Below, piece by piece: positions 40,824-51,215 of a DNA stretch of 64,000 nucleotides; position 1 is the first letter of the stretch; every line of letters begins with the position of its first letter. The stretch comes from an uncultured Planctomycetaceae bacterium (GTDB lineage: Bacteria > Planctomycetota > Planctomycetia > Isosphaerales > Isosphaeraceae): assembly GCA_963833985.1 (NCBI GenBank), contig CAWIAD010000001.1, forward strand, positions 3,392,001 to 3,456,000, given 5' to 3'. The position numbers were made by a program, and so were the translations under genes. The notes beneath the pieces are model-generated. The model did no database searches, was not told the origin of the DNA, and saw only the letters and a program-made list of their open reading frames with translations.

Positions 40824-42044
40824 ATGGCGCGTCTGAAAACGAGCAAAAAAAAGTCCGCGGCCGAGCCGGCGCGGCGCCGGCCGCCGCGGCGCGTGTCACC
40901 TGCCCGCGTGACCGAAGCTTCGCTCGTCGCCTACGCGCACGACATCCGCACCACGCTCACCGGCATCCTCGCGCTCGGCGAGCTATTGGCAAGCTCCAAT
41001 CTCGGCGAGCGCGAGCGGCGCTGGGCTTCCGACATCAAGGCGAGCGCCGAGCATCTGGCTTCGCTCACGACGCTGATGATCGACGCGGCCAAGGCGGACG
41101 CCGGGTCGCTGATCCTCAGGGAGGAGGTTTTCCGTCCGCGCCGTCTTATCGACGTGCTGGCGGGTTTGCTTTCCTCGCGCGCGGAAACGAAGAGCCTTAC
41201 CGCGGCGGTGACGGTCGCGGACGCTTTGCCGGAGATGTTGGTCGGCGACGCGGTGCGGTTGCGGGCGGCGCTGGAAAATCTCATCGACAATGCGGTGAAG
41301 TTCACGGAGCGCGGCTCGGTACGCATCGATGTTAGCGCGGCGCCTGCGCCTCGCGGGCGCGTCAAGCTCGCGTTTACCGTCACCGACAGCGGCATCGGCC
41401 TGACGCCCGCCGAGATCAGGCGTCTGTGCCGCCCGTTCACGCAAGCGAATGCGGATATCGCTCGCCGCTACGGCGGCACCGGGCTTGGACTGGCCGTGGT
41501 CAAGGTGCTCGCGAAGCGGATGGGTGGCGATCTGAGCATCACCAGCAGGCATGGCCGTGGTTCGTCGTTTCGTTTTTCGGCAGTGCTTTCGCTCGCCGCC
41601 AAAGATGCAGCCGAAAATGCGCCGGAGCGGCGGCCGGCGGCTCTGCTGCGGAGGCTTGCCGTCCTTTGCGTCGAGGACAATCCCTACGGTCGGGTCATTC
41701 TCAACACCATTCTCACCGAACTCGGGCATCGCGCCGACTTCGCCGGCTCGGGCGAGGAAGCGGTCGCGGCGGTGACGCGCGGTTACGACGCGGTGCTGAT
41801 GGATATGACACTTCCGGGGATCGACGGGCTGGAGGCGACACGCCGAATTCGCGCGCTGGCCGGCCGCTCGGGGCAAACAGCGATCATCGGCATTTCCGGG
41901 CGCACCGAAGCCGACGACGAGAGCGCCGCGCGATCTGCCGGAATGAATGTCTACCTGCGGAAGCCGTTGAGCCCGAGCGCACTCAGTGAAGCGCTCGCGG
42001 CGGTGGTGCCGGCCGCTCCTGCGGCGCACGATCCCGAAAAGTAG
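40824..42044 (+). CDS. Cytoplasmic hybrid histidine kinase/response regulator without sensor domain
   Basis: AHDIRTTL H-box, NLIDNAVKFT, DSGIG, GGTGLGL, receiver VEDN..LMDMTLP..KP. Confidence 0.9.
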   Translation: MARLKTSKKKSAAEPARRRPPRRVSPARVTEASLVAYAHDIRTTLTGILALGELLASSNLGERERRWASDIKASAEHLASLTTLMIDAAKADAGSLILREEVFRPRRLIDVLAGLLSSRAETKSLTAAVTVADALPEMLVGDAVRLRAALENLIDNAVKFTERGSVRIDVSAAPAPRGRVKLAFTVTDSGIGLTPAEIRRLCRPFTQANADIARRYGGTGLGLAVVKVLAKRMGGDLSITSRHGRGSSFRFSAVLSLAAKDAAENAPERRPAALLRRLAVLCVEDNPYGRVILNTILTELGHRADFAGSGEEAVAAVTRGYDAVLMDMTLPGIDGLEATRRIRALAGRSGQTAIIGISGRTEADDESAARSAGMNVYLRKPLSPSALSEALAAVVPAAPAAHDPEK

Positions 42045-42052
42045 CGCAGGCT

Positions 42053-44085
42053 TTAGTTGCCTGGCGCGGTGTCTTCGACGATGCGCACCACGTCGGCCAT
42101 GATCCGGTTTAATTCGAAGTCCTTCGGCGTGTAGACCTCGGCGACGCCGGCATCTTTCAAGGCGCTGGCGTCCTGCGGTGGAATAATGCCGCCGACCACG
42201 ACCGGCACGTCGTCGATGCCGGCCTCCTTCATGCGCGCCATGACGTCGTGCACCAGTAGCAGGTGCGACCCGGACAGAATCGAAAGGCCGATGACGTGCA
42301 CGTTCTTTTCGGCCGCCGCCGCCGCGATAGCCTCCGCCGTCAGACGGATGCCGTCATAGACAACGTCCATGCCGGCGTCGCGGGCGCGAGCGGCGATTTG
42401 CTCGGCGCCGTTGGAGTGGCCGTCGAGGCCCGGCTTGCCGATCAGGAACTTCAGGCGCCGGCCGAGCTTCCTTGAAACGCGATCGACTTCGGCGCGGATG
42501 TCGTCGAGCCCTTCGGCATCGTTGCGCATCGCGGTGCCGACGCCGGTCGGCGCCCGGTATTCGCCGAACGCGGAGCGTAGCGCGAAGCCCCATTCGCCGG
42601 TGGTGACGCCGGCCTTCGCGCAGACGATCGACGGCGGCATGATATTGGCGCCGGTTTGCGCCGCCTGGCGCAAAGCTGCCAGCGCGGCGGCGACCGCATC
42701 GTTGTCGCGCTCGGCGCGCCACGCCGTGAGCCGTGCGATCTGGCCGATCTCCGCTTCCTCCGAGACGGTCAGTACCGCGTCCGCTGCATCCGCCAGCGGC
42801 GATGGTTCGGTTTCGACAAAACGGTTGACGCCGACCACGGTCTGTTCGCCGCGCTCGATTGCTTCGACACGTCGCGAATTCGAACTCGACGAGTTGTTGC
42901 TTGAGATAGCCGGATTCGACGGCCGCGACCGTGCCGCCCATTTGTTCGATCTGCCGGAGCTCTTCCTTTGCCGCTTTCTTCAGGTCCGCGACCTTGGCGG
43001 CGATGACCGGCGAGCCGTCGAAAATGTCGCCATATTCCAGCAGGTCGGTCTCGTAGGCGAGGATCTGCTGCATGCGCAGTGACCATTGCTGATCCCACGG
43101 CCGCGGCAGTCCAAGCGCCTCGTTCCAGGCCGGAAGTTGCACGGCGCGCGCGCGGGCGTCCTTCGACAGCGTCACCGCAAGCATTTCGAGGAGAATACGG
43201 GCGACATTGTTCTCCGGCTGCTGCTCGGTCAAGCCGAGCGAGTTGACTTGCACGCCATAGCGGAAGCGCCGGTGCTTTAAATCGGTCACGCCGTAGCGTT
43301 CGTGCGTGATCTCGTCCCACAGCTCGGTGAAGGCGCGCAGCTTGCAGACTTCGGTGATGAAACGCAGTCCGGCATTGACGAAGAACGAAATACGCCCGAC
43401 CACCTCGCCGAATTCATCTTCGGCGCATTCGCCCGGACGCCTTTACCGCGTCCAGCACGCCGATGGCGGTGGCAAGCGCGAAGGCCAGCTCCTGCACCGG
43501 GGTCGCGCCGGCTTCCTGCAGGTGATAGGAGCAGACATTCATCGGATTCCACTTCGGCATCTCCTTGGTCGTGAACAGGATCACGTCCTTGGTGAGCCGC
43601 ATCGACGGGGCGGGCGGAAATACATACGTGCCGCGCGAAAGATATTCCTTGATGATGTCGTTCTGCGTCGTGCCGGTAAGCTTGGTGCGCGGCACGCTTT
43701 GCTCGTCGGCGAGCGCCACATAGAGCGCCAACAGCCACGCGGCGGTGGCATTGATCGTCATCGACGTGTTCATCGCGCCGAGCGGGATGCCGTCGAACAG
43801 CATGCGCATGTCGCCGATATGCGAGATCGGCACGCCGACCTTGCCGACTTCGCCTTTGGCTAACGGATGATCGGCGTCGTATCCGGTCTGCGTCGGCAGG
43901 TCGAAGGCGACCGAGAGGCCGGTCTGCCCTTTGCCCAGATTCTTCCGGTAAAGCTCATTCGAGGCCGCGGCGGTCGAATGCCCGGCATAAGTCCGGAATA
44001 TCCAAGGCTTATCGCCTCGTAAGGGCTTATCGCCTCGTAAAGGCTTGTCGCCTCGTACCTCGTCGCGGCGCGGCTGATCGTCCAT
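42053..44085 (-). CDS. ecm: Ethylmalonyl-CoA mutase (MeaA), B12-dependent; frameshifts near 43430 and 42880
   Basis: PWIFRTYAGHS, GQTGLSVAFDLPTQTGYD, VCSYHLQEAG, RFRYGVQVNSLG, KPGLDGHSNGA B12 motif. Confidence 0.93.
44005..44057. repeat. Three 18-bp in-frame tandem repeats at the 5' end of ecm
   Basis: GGCTTRTCGCCTCGTA core x3, encoding (V/L)RGDKP x3. Confidence 0.9.
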
Positions 44086-44128
44086 CGGGCCGTCAAGGTA
44101 TTTAAGTACATTCAATGTGACGCGTATT

Positions 44129-44145
44129 TTATTGCGACGCAACAT
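44129..44145. promoter_or_regulatory. PhaR-like operator upstream of ecm
   Basis: TTATTGCGACGCAACAT (TGC-N3-GCA core); near copy at 48067. Confidence 0.55.
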
Positions 44146-44146
44146 T

Positions 44147-44186
44147 AAGCATATTCATGCCGCTTAAAGCATAGTCATGCCGCTTA
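44147..44186. repeat. 20-bp tandem duplication
   Basis: AAGCATATTCATGCCGCTTA / AAGCATAGTCATGCCGCTTA. Confidence 0.85.
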
Positions 44187-44245
44187 CCCGATTTTAACCA
44201 TCGGGTTTCCCGGGCTTTAACGGTCTGCCGGGCCAGTTTGCCGGC

Positions 44246-45238
44246 ATGCAAGCAGCATCCGTCATAACGTCCGACGAAACCGAAGCGGCCTGGCGTTTCT
44301 TCCTGTTTAACTGGATCGTCGTCGGCACGTTGGCCGCGATGCTGGCGTTCAGCGTTTTGGTCACGGATTTCTCCATCGCCCCGGTTGGGGTGTTGATCGC
44401 CGTCGGCTATGTCGGCCTTTACGCAGGCTTCGCGCACGCCAACGCTCGCTCGCCGACGCGACGCGATCCGCAAGTCATGTTCGTGCTCGGCGCCACCGCG
44501 CAGATCGTGCTGACCACGGCGGTCATGGCGCCGATGACCTATGTCGCTGCAGCCATCAATTTACCCATGCAGGACTCCGCTTTGCTCGCCGCGGATCGAG
44601 CGATGGGGCTCGACTGGGCTGCCTATGTCCATTTCGTCGACGATCGTCCATCGCTCGCGAGCTGGCTGAATGTAGGCTACGCGATGATCGGTTGGCCGCT
44701 CTTTGCCATACCGGTCGTGCTAGCCGCGAACCGGCGCTATCAGCGCATCGAAGAATTCACTTTCGCTTTTGGCGTGGCTCTTGCCGCCACGACCATCATC
44801 TCGGCGCTGGTGCCGGCAATCGGCGTCTATCACGAGATCGGGCTCGATCCCGCCAGTCTCAAAAATATCAATCCGGGCGCCTATCTCGATCAGCTGCGCG
44901 ATCTGCCTCCGACTCGCGAGGGCGTGTTGCGCCATCTCGAGCTTTTGGGGCTCGGCGGCATTGTTACCTTCCCCAGTTTTCACGCGGCGTCTGCCGTGCT
45001 GTTCGGCTGGGCTTTGTGGACGATCCGCTGGCTGCGGCCGCTCGCGCTGTTGGTCAACGCCGCCATGCTGGCGGCGACGCCGCTCAACGGCGGCCACTAT
45101 TTCATTGACCTCATCGGTGGCGTGGTGGTTGCGGCGCTGGCGATCGTTGCGGCGCGGCGGGTCGGGCAGATCATCGCGCGCCGGCAAAGCGGCTTCGACC
45201 TCGCTCCGCCGGTGCCTGCTATGGTTCCTGCGGAGTAA
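44246..45238 (+). CDS. PAP2-superfamily membrane protein (PAP2_3 / Aur1-Ipt1-like)
   Basis: Multi-TM, DSALLAADRAMGLDW, GIVTFPSFHAA, GGHYFIDLIGG. Confidence 0.85.
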   Translation: MQAASVITSDETEAAWRFFLFNWIVVGTLAAMLAFSVLVTDFSIAPVGVLIAVGYVGLYAGFAHANARSPTRRDPQVMFVLGATAQIVLTTAVMAPMTYVAAAINLPMQDSALLAADRAMGLDWAAYVHFVDDRPSLASWLNVGYAMIGWPLFAIPVVLAANRRYQRIEEFTFAFGVALAATTIISALVPAIGVYHEIGLDPASLKNINPGAYLDQLRDLPPTREGVLRHLELLGLGGIVTFPSFHAASAVLFGWALWTIRWLRPLALLVNAAMLAATPLNGGHYFIDLIGGVVVAALAIVAARRVGQIIARRQSGFDLAPPVPAMVPAE

Positions 45239-46409
45239 GGCGGGTAACCGCAAGCGCGCGCTGCGCCACCAGAACTAGCACGATCAATACCGCGGCAAGC
45301 CCGACCTGGGTCTTGATGTAAGGGAAAATCAGGATAAGCGCACCGGCGGCGCCAAGTCCGGCCACCTCGCTGGGGCGAAAGCCCTGTTCCAGAGCAAATC
45401 GCAGCAAAAACGCCACCGCGACCGCGAGCACCACCAGATCGTACATATAGAGGTAAGGCGTAACGACGAGCGTGCCGGCGGCGAGCGCCGCGGCCTTAAG
45501 ATCGAAAGGCGCGCGGCTGCGCCACAGGCCGGTGACCGCGACGGCGACCGCGAGGCTGCCGGCTGCCTGAATGGTCCATGCCAATTGCTCGCTGCCGCCG
45601 CATGAGCGGACCAGGCCGAACAGGCTTTGCAAGCAATTCCAGTCGGCATGGCCTTCAGTCAGCACGACCCGGCTTGTGATCGGCATCCAGTGGACAAAGG
45701 CTTCCCAACTGGCGCTGCCGAAAACGAGCCACGATAGAACAGCAAGGCTGACCGCGACGAACGCTGCCACTGCAATTGTGTGCCAGCGCCGATCGGCGAT
45801 TAGCACCAGCGGAAACAACAAGCCGAACTGGGGTTTGTAGGTGAGGAGCCCGAGACAGACGCCGGCGAGTGCCGGTCGCCTTTCCAGGAGCCCAAGCGTG
45901 CCGCCGATGAGTGCGGCGGTGAGGAAACCGTTTTGGCCGGCGGTTATGTTCCAGATCGTGGCGGGAAATCCGAGCGCAACCAGAATGCCGGTGCGCCGGC
46001 CGAGAATGCCGGCGAGCACAGCCGCATAGGCAAAGAAGGTCGCCGCGAGCCAGCCGATAGCGGCAGTCAGGTAGGGCAGCGTCGCCAGCGCGGCGGCAAC
46101 AAAAAGGAATGTCGGCGGATAATGCCAGCCGTAATAGTCCTCGAAGTCATGGCCGATGACGCGGACTTCGGCCTGCTTGTGGATCGGCCAGTCGTAAGCC
46201 GCAGCCGGATTGCCATCGAGGGTCAGCCGCCCGGCGGCGACGACATTGACGAAGTCGTTGGCGATCACCCGGCCTTGCGGGTCGATCGGAAATTCGCCTT
46301 TGAGATACGCGCCGCCGAGAACGATCAGATAACCGAGCGCAAGCGTCAGGCCGATCAGGCGAATCAGGCGCGTGGCCGACGGCTGCTTCGCCGCCGGCGA
46401 TTGGATCAT
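45219..46409 (-). CDS. GT87/DUF2029 family membrane glycosyltransferase
   Basis: NDFVNV, WHYPPTFL, GQNGFL, LLTYKPQFG, TPYLYMYDL. Confidence 0.85.
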   Translation of the reverse strand: MIQSPAAKQPSATRLIRLIGLTLALGYLIVLGGAYLKGEFPIDPQGRVIANDFVNVVAAGRLTLDGNPAAAYDWPIHKQAEVRVIGHDFEDYYGWHYPPTFLFVAAALATLPYLTAAIGWLAATFFAYAAVLAGILGRRTGILVALGFPATIWNITAGQNGFLTAALIGGTLGLLERRPALAGVCLGLLTYKPQFGLLFPLVLIADRRWHTIAVAAFVAVSLAVLSWLVFGSASWEAFVHWMPITSRVVLTEGHADWNCLQSLFGLVRSCGGSEQLAWTIQAAGSLAVAVAVTGLWRSRAPFDLKAAALAAGTLVVTPYLYMYDLVVLAVAVAFLLRFALEQGFRPSEVAGLGAAGALILIFPYIKTQVGLAAVLIVLVLVAQRALAVTRLTPQEP

Positions 46410-46420
46410 CGCCTGCGTGC

Positions 46421-47624
46421 TCACGCCGCGGCGCTCTGCGCAGCGAAGGCGCGGCGCGCGATCAGCGCGGTCACGATGACAATGGCAACAAGCCCTACCG
46501 GCACTTTCACGGCCGGCAGGATGAAGATAAGGATCAACAGGCAGGCTACGCCGATGCCGGCCAATTCGTTGCGCAAAAAGCCCCGCGCGCGGCCGAGCCG
46601 GAACAGGAAAGCCAGCGGTACGGCGAGAACGGCGAGATCGTAGGTGTAGAGATACGGCGTCGCCAGCAGGGCTCCGGTGCCGAGCACTGCCGCCTTCATC
46701 TCGTAAGAGATGCGACTGCGCCAGACGAGGGCGACAGCCACCGCCGCGGTCGCCGTCACCGCAGCTTGCGCGGTCCACGCCAGTGTCTCGTTGCCGCCGA
46801 GCGAACGCACCAGGCCGAATGCGGTTTGCAGCTTGCTCCAATTCGCCTTGCCCTCGGCGAAAACGGCCTGCGAGGATTGGCCGATGTTGCCGAGGAACGC
46901 GAGCCAGCTCTCGCTGCCGAACGCAAACCACGATGCGACCGCCATGAGCGACGCAACAATGCTGGCGGTCGCGATCACACGCCATTGGCCGGCGGCCACG
47001 AGTGCGATGGGAAACAGCAAACCCAGATGCGGTTTGTAGCTCAGCAGCCCGAGCAGCACGCCGGCAAGGATCGACTGGCGGCGCTCGATGAGAACGAGAG
47101 TGCCGCCGAACAACGCCGCGCTGAGAAAGCCGTTTTGCCCGACGAAAAAATTTGCCAGGACCGGCGGAAACGCCGCGGCGAGGAGATACCCGATGCGATC
47201 GCCGATGATGGTGCGTATCGCCGCCAGATAGAGCAGGAAGGTTCCCGCGGTCCAGGCCAGATAAGCGAACGTGTAAGGCAGCGAGGCGAGGGCGGCGGCG
47301 ACGAACAAAAACGGCGGCGGGTAATGCCAGCCGTAATAGCCGTCGAAAGCATGGCCCAGTGCGGCGTCTTCGGCGAGCTTGTGGGTCGGCCAATCGTATG
47401 CCGCGGCCGCATGGCCGCTAAGCACCAGGCGTCCGGCAGCCCAGACATTGACGAAGTCGGTGGCGACCCCGCCGCCATCCTTCGCAACGAGCCACATCCC
47501 CGTGAAGTACGAACCGGCGAGAAACACCGCCTCGGCGACGATGACGGCGAGGCAGATCGAACTCGACAATGCGCGGCGGCTGCGCCGCGGCGCTTCGCCC
47601 GGGGGATATCTCGAACAGGGCCAT
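46421..47624 (-). CDS. GT87/DUF2029 family membrane glycosyltransferase (paralogue); frameshift near 47560
   Basis: TDFVNVWAAG, WHYPPPFL, GQNGFL, LLSYKPHLG, TPYLYTYDL; N-terminus MALFEISP in another frame. Confidence 0.85.
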
Positions 47625-47681
47625 TGCCCGCGCCGCCTCGCTTGGTCGTGGCGAAGCTAGGCAGGCGGCGTTGAAGAAGCA

Positions 47682-47936
47682 TTAAACGCGTTTGATCAGC
47701 CGCAGGACGATCAGCAGTATGACCGCGCCGATGAAGGCATTGATGATCGCGCCGACGATGCCGGCACCGATGACGATCCCTACTCGCGGCAACAGCCAGC
47801 CGGCGATGAACGCGCCGACGATGCCGACGATGATATCGCCGATTAATCCGTAGCCGCCGCCCTTGACGACCATGCCGGCAAGCCAGCCGGCCACGCCGCC
47901 AACGATGAGCCAAACGATAATGCTCTGAGGTTCCAT
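47682..47936 (-). CDS. GlsB/YeaQ/YmgE family stress-response membrane protein
   Basis: WLIVGGVAGWLA, GLIGDIIVGIVGAFIAGWL, FIGAVILL. Confidence 0.9.
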   Translation of the reverse strand: MEPQSIIVWLIVGGVAGWLAGMVVKGGGYGLIGDIIVGIVGAFIAGWLLPRVGIVIGAGIVGAIINAFIGAVILLIVLRLIKRV

Positions 47937-48066
47937 GCCTTCCCCCGAATGTCCCCTTGTGCCGGGCCACATTGACCAGGCACCGCCATTGCCGGGCGAC
48001 CATAAGGCCTGCGGCGCCCTCTGTCAGTAACCGTTCGGGATGGGAACCTGGCCAAGTCCGAACTAC

Positions 48067-48083
48067 TTATTGCGCTGCAACAT
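48067..48083. promoter_or_regulatory. PhaR-like operator upstream of ccrA
   Basis: TTATTGCGCTGCAACAT, 15/17 identical to 44129-44145. Confidence 0.55.
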
Positions 48084-48139
48084 CAACTGCGGCACACTAA
48101 AGATCGCAAATTCGGCCGATCAACCGGGAGCTGTCCGCC

Positions 48140-49453
48140 ATGGCCGTCGCGCAAAAGAAACCGTCGGCAGCGCCGCTGAAAGACCTCTACGACATCGGCG
48201 AAGTTCCGCCGCTCGGTCACGTGCCGGCGAACATGCACGCTTGGGCGATCCGCAAGGAGCGTCATGGCCCGCCGGAGACGGCGATGCAGCACGAAGTGCT
48301 GCCGACCTGGCCGATCGGCGATGATGAGGTGCTGGTCTATGTCATGGCCGGCGGCGTCAACTACAACGGCGTGTGGGCCGGGCTTGGCCAGCCGATCTCG
48401 CCGCTCGACGTCCACAAAAATCCTTTTCATGTCGCGGGCTCGGACGCGTCGGGCGTCGTGTGGGCGATCGGCTCGAAGGTCAGGCGCTGGAGCGTCGGCG
48501 ACGAAGTAATCATCCACTGCAATCAGGACGACGGCGACGACGAGGAATGCAACGGTGGCGATCCGCTGCTGTCGCCGTCACAGCGTATCTGGGGCTACGA
48601 GACGCCGGACGGCTCGTTCGCGCAATTCTGCCGCGTGCAGTCGCGGCAACTCATGCAGAAGCCGGCGCACCTGACCTGGGAAGAGTCGGCCTGCTACACG
48701 CTCACGCTCGCCACCGCCTACCGCATGCTGTTCGGCCATCCGCCGCATACGCTCAAGCCGGGCGACAACGTGCTGGTTTGGGGCGCCTCGGGTGGGCTCG
48801 GGGTGTTCGGCCTCCAGCTTGTCGCCGCTTCGGGCGCGAATGCCATCGCTGTCGTGTCCGACAACTCCAAGATGGAATACGTGTTCAATCTCGGCGCCAA
48901 GGGTGCCATCAACCGCAAGGAATTCAACTGCTGGGGCGCGATGCCCAAGGTCGGCACGCCCGAATATGACGCCTGGGCGAAAGAGGCGCGCCGCTTCGGC
49001 AAGGCGATCTGGGATATCACCGGCAAGCGGGACGTCGACATCGTGTTCGAGCATCCCGGCGAGGCGACGTTCCCGGTCTCTTGTCTGGTCGTCAAACGCG
49101 GCGGCATGGTCGTGTTCTGCGCCGGTACCTCTGGCTACAACATCACCTTCGACGCGCGCTATGTCTGGATGCGGCAGAAGCGCGTGCAGGGCTCGCACTT
49201 CGCGCATTTGAAGCAGGCGAGCGCCGCCAATCGGTTTGTCATTGATCGCCGCATCGATCCCTGCATGAGCGATGTGTTCCCCTGGGAGAAGATTCCCTAC
49301 GCCCATGAATTGATGCGCACCAACCGCCACAAGCCCGGCAACATGGCGGTGCTGGTCAACGCGAAGCGGCCGGGGCTGCGGAATTTCGAAGACGTGCTGG
49401 AAGCAGCTTCCCTGCCGGAGCTCACCCGGCAGTCGAATAACGCCCGGGTTTGA
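48140..49453 (+). CDS. ccrA: Crotonyl-CoA carboxylase/reductase
   Basis: KDLYDIGEVPPLGHVP, AGGVNYNGVWAG, HVAGSDASG, IWGYETPDGSFAQF, WMRQKRVQGSHFA. Confidence 0.96.
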   Translation: MAVAQKKPSAAPLKDLYDIGEVPPLGHVPANMHAWAIRKERHGPPETAMQHEVLPTWPIGDDEVLVYVMAGGVNYNGVWAGLGQPISPLDVHKNPFHVAGSDASGVVWAIGSKVRRWSVGDEVIIHCNQDDGDDEECNGGDPLLSPSQRIWGYETPDGSFAQFCRVQSRQLMQKPAHLTWEESACYTLTLATAYRMLFGHPPHTLKPGDNVLVWGASGGLGVFGLQLVAASGANAIAVVSDNSKMEYVFNLGAKGAINRKEFNCWGAMPKVGTPEYDAWAKEARRFGKAIWDITGKRDVDIVFEHPGEATFPVSCLVVKRGGMVVFCAGTSGYNITFDARYVWMRQKRVQGSHFAHLKQASAANRFVIDRRIDPCMSDVFPWEKIPYAHELMRTNRHKPGNMAVLVNAKRPGLRNFEDVLEAASLPELTRQSNNARV

Positions 49454-49462
49454 CGGTATCAG

Positions 49463-50350
49463 CTACCGTGCTTGCTCCCGCACGCGAGCGATTTCGGCGT
49501 TGAGTTCGCCGCCATAGACGAAAATCCAGGCGCTGTAATAGAGAAATACCAGCGCGATCATCGCCGAGGCGAGGCCGGCATAATAAGTCACGTAGGTCTG
49601 GGCGAAATCCGCGAGATAGTGGCCGTAGGCGAAGCCGCAGGCGAGCCACAGCACCAGCGTCGCTGCTATCCCCGGCCAGACTCGGCCGAGGGTGCGCCGT
49701 CCGGCCGGCAACCACATATGCAGAATGAAAAGCGCTACCGCGAGCACCATGCCGCCGATGGCGAAGCGCGCGAAATTGAGATGGGGCTGGAGCGGCTCGA
49801 GCCAGGGAGCGTAAGCGGCCGCGGCTTTGAACATCAGCGGCCAGAGCACCACCAAAAACGCCAGCGCCAGAAGCGCGATCGCGCTGACAAGGACGTAGCC
49901 GATCGATTCCAGCCGCAACAGCCAAAAGCTCCGCTCTTCCCGCAATCCGTAGGCGCGGTTGAGCCCGATGCGCAGGCTTTCGATGCCGCTGGAGGCGAAA
50001 TAGACTGCGAAGACGGCGCCGAGCGTCAGGACGCCGCCACGCGCGGTAGTGAGTACGTTGTGGATTTCGCTGGCGATCGGGCCCGCCACTTGATGAGGCC
50101 ACGCCGCGAATACCAGTCGGGCGACCTCGTCGGCGAGATTGACCGAGCCGATGAAGCCGGCGAGCGCCGTGACCACGATCAGAAATGGGAATACCGCCAT
50201 CAAGATCGACAGCGCGATGTGGCTGGCAATCGCCCAGCCGTCATCGCGGTTGAAGCGAAGGAACGCCTCAAATGCGACGTGAAAACAAAGGCGGATGGTG
50301 GGCAATGCGGGGGCTGCCTCGGCGGGGTTCTGCCGCAACAGATACGTCAT
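49463..50350 (-). CDS. YihY/virulence factor BrkB family membrane protein
   Basis: DDGWAIASHIAL, LRIGLNRAY, YVTYYAGL, YGGELN. Confidence 0.88.
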   Translation of the reverse strand: MTYLLRQNPAEAAPALPTIRLCFHVAFEAFLRFNRDDGWAIASHIALSILMAVFPFLIVVTALAGFIGSVNLADEVARLVFAAWPHQVAGPIASEIHNVLTTARGGVLTLGAVFAVYFASSGIESLRIGLNRAYGLREERSFWLLRLESIGYVLVSAIALLALAFLVVLWPLMFKAAAAYAPWLEPLQPHLNFARFAIGGMVLAVALFILHMWLPAGRRTLGRVWPGIAATLVLWLACGFAYGHYLADFAQTYVTYYAGLASAMIALVFLYYSAWIFVYGGELNAEIARVREQAR

Positions 50351-50409
50351 TCCACCGCGTCATTCCATCGTGACCGCTAAACTGTCAACGCGCTGACCGC
50401 CGGGTCGTT

Positions 50410-51180
50410 TCACGTATAGTCGCCGCCATTGTCGACGATCAGGAACTGTCCGGTCACCGCGTCGCTGTCGGGCGACGCCAGGTAGATCAAGGTGCCGACG
50501 AGCTCGTCGGCGAAAACGTCCTTCCTGATCGCCCGTGTGCTCAAAACAAAATCGTGCAACCCCGGCCGTCCCGCCATCGACGCGGCGACGGAATCGTTCA
50601 TCACCAGCCCCGGCGCCAGGGTATTCACCCGGATGCCGGACGGGCCAAGCTCCCGCGCCATCGACCGTGTCATCGCAGCGATCGCGCCTTTGCAGGTGAC
50701 GTAATGCAGACGATGCGACAGGCCCGACAGCATCGTCGTCGAGCCGAGATTGATGATTTTGCCGTAATTGTTCCGGCGCATCGCGGGAATGGCGGCCCTG
50801 GTACAGAGGAAAGTGCCCCGCACATTGACCGCCATGAACTCGTCCCACAGGTCGACATCGATGTCTTCGATGGCGACGGGCGGAATGTTTGAACCGACGG
50901 CGGCGTTGTTGACGAGAATGTCGAGCCTGCCGAATTCTCTCTCCGTTTCCGCAATCATCGCCGTGACCGCTTTGACATCGCGAACATCGGCGAGGACGGG
51001 GTGGGCCGTTCCGCCGGCAGCGGCAATCTCGGCCGCGACCGAGCCGCAATCCTTGGCGTCGGCGACAACGACTTTGGCGCCCTCGGCGGCCAGCGCCTTG
51101 GCGAACACCGAGCCCAGCGCCGCCTTTGGGCCGGCGGCGGCGCCGGTGACGATAGCGACTTTCCCGTCCAAACGCGGCAT
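50410..51180 (-). CDS. SDR family oxidoreductase
   Basis: GKVAIVTGAA, LDILVNNAA, YVTCKG (YxxxK), IRVNTLAPG, TGQFLIVDNG. Confidence 0.9.
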   Translation of the reverse strand: MPRLDGKVAIVTGAAAGPKAALGSVFAKALAAEGAKVVVADAKDCGSVAAEIAAAGGTAHPVLADVRDVKAVTAMIAETEREFGRLDILVNNAAVGSNIPPVAIEDIDVDLWDEFMAVNVRGTFLCTRAAIPAMRRNNYGKIINLGSTTMLSGLSHRLHYVTCKGAIAAMTRSMARELGPSGIRVNTLAPGLVMNDSVAASMAGRPGLHDFVLSTRAIRKDVFADELVGTLIYLASPDSDAVTGQFLIVDNGGDYT

Positions 51181-51215
51181 GGGTTTCCTCTGGGCTTTTG
51201 CTTTGGAAGCTTGCT

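Noticed and set aside
45219..47393. 724-aa giant GT87 ORF
   Set aside because: The N-terminal half is an off-frame read of the upstream paralogue; the real gene starts near 46409
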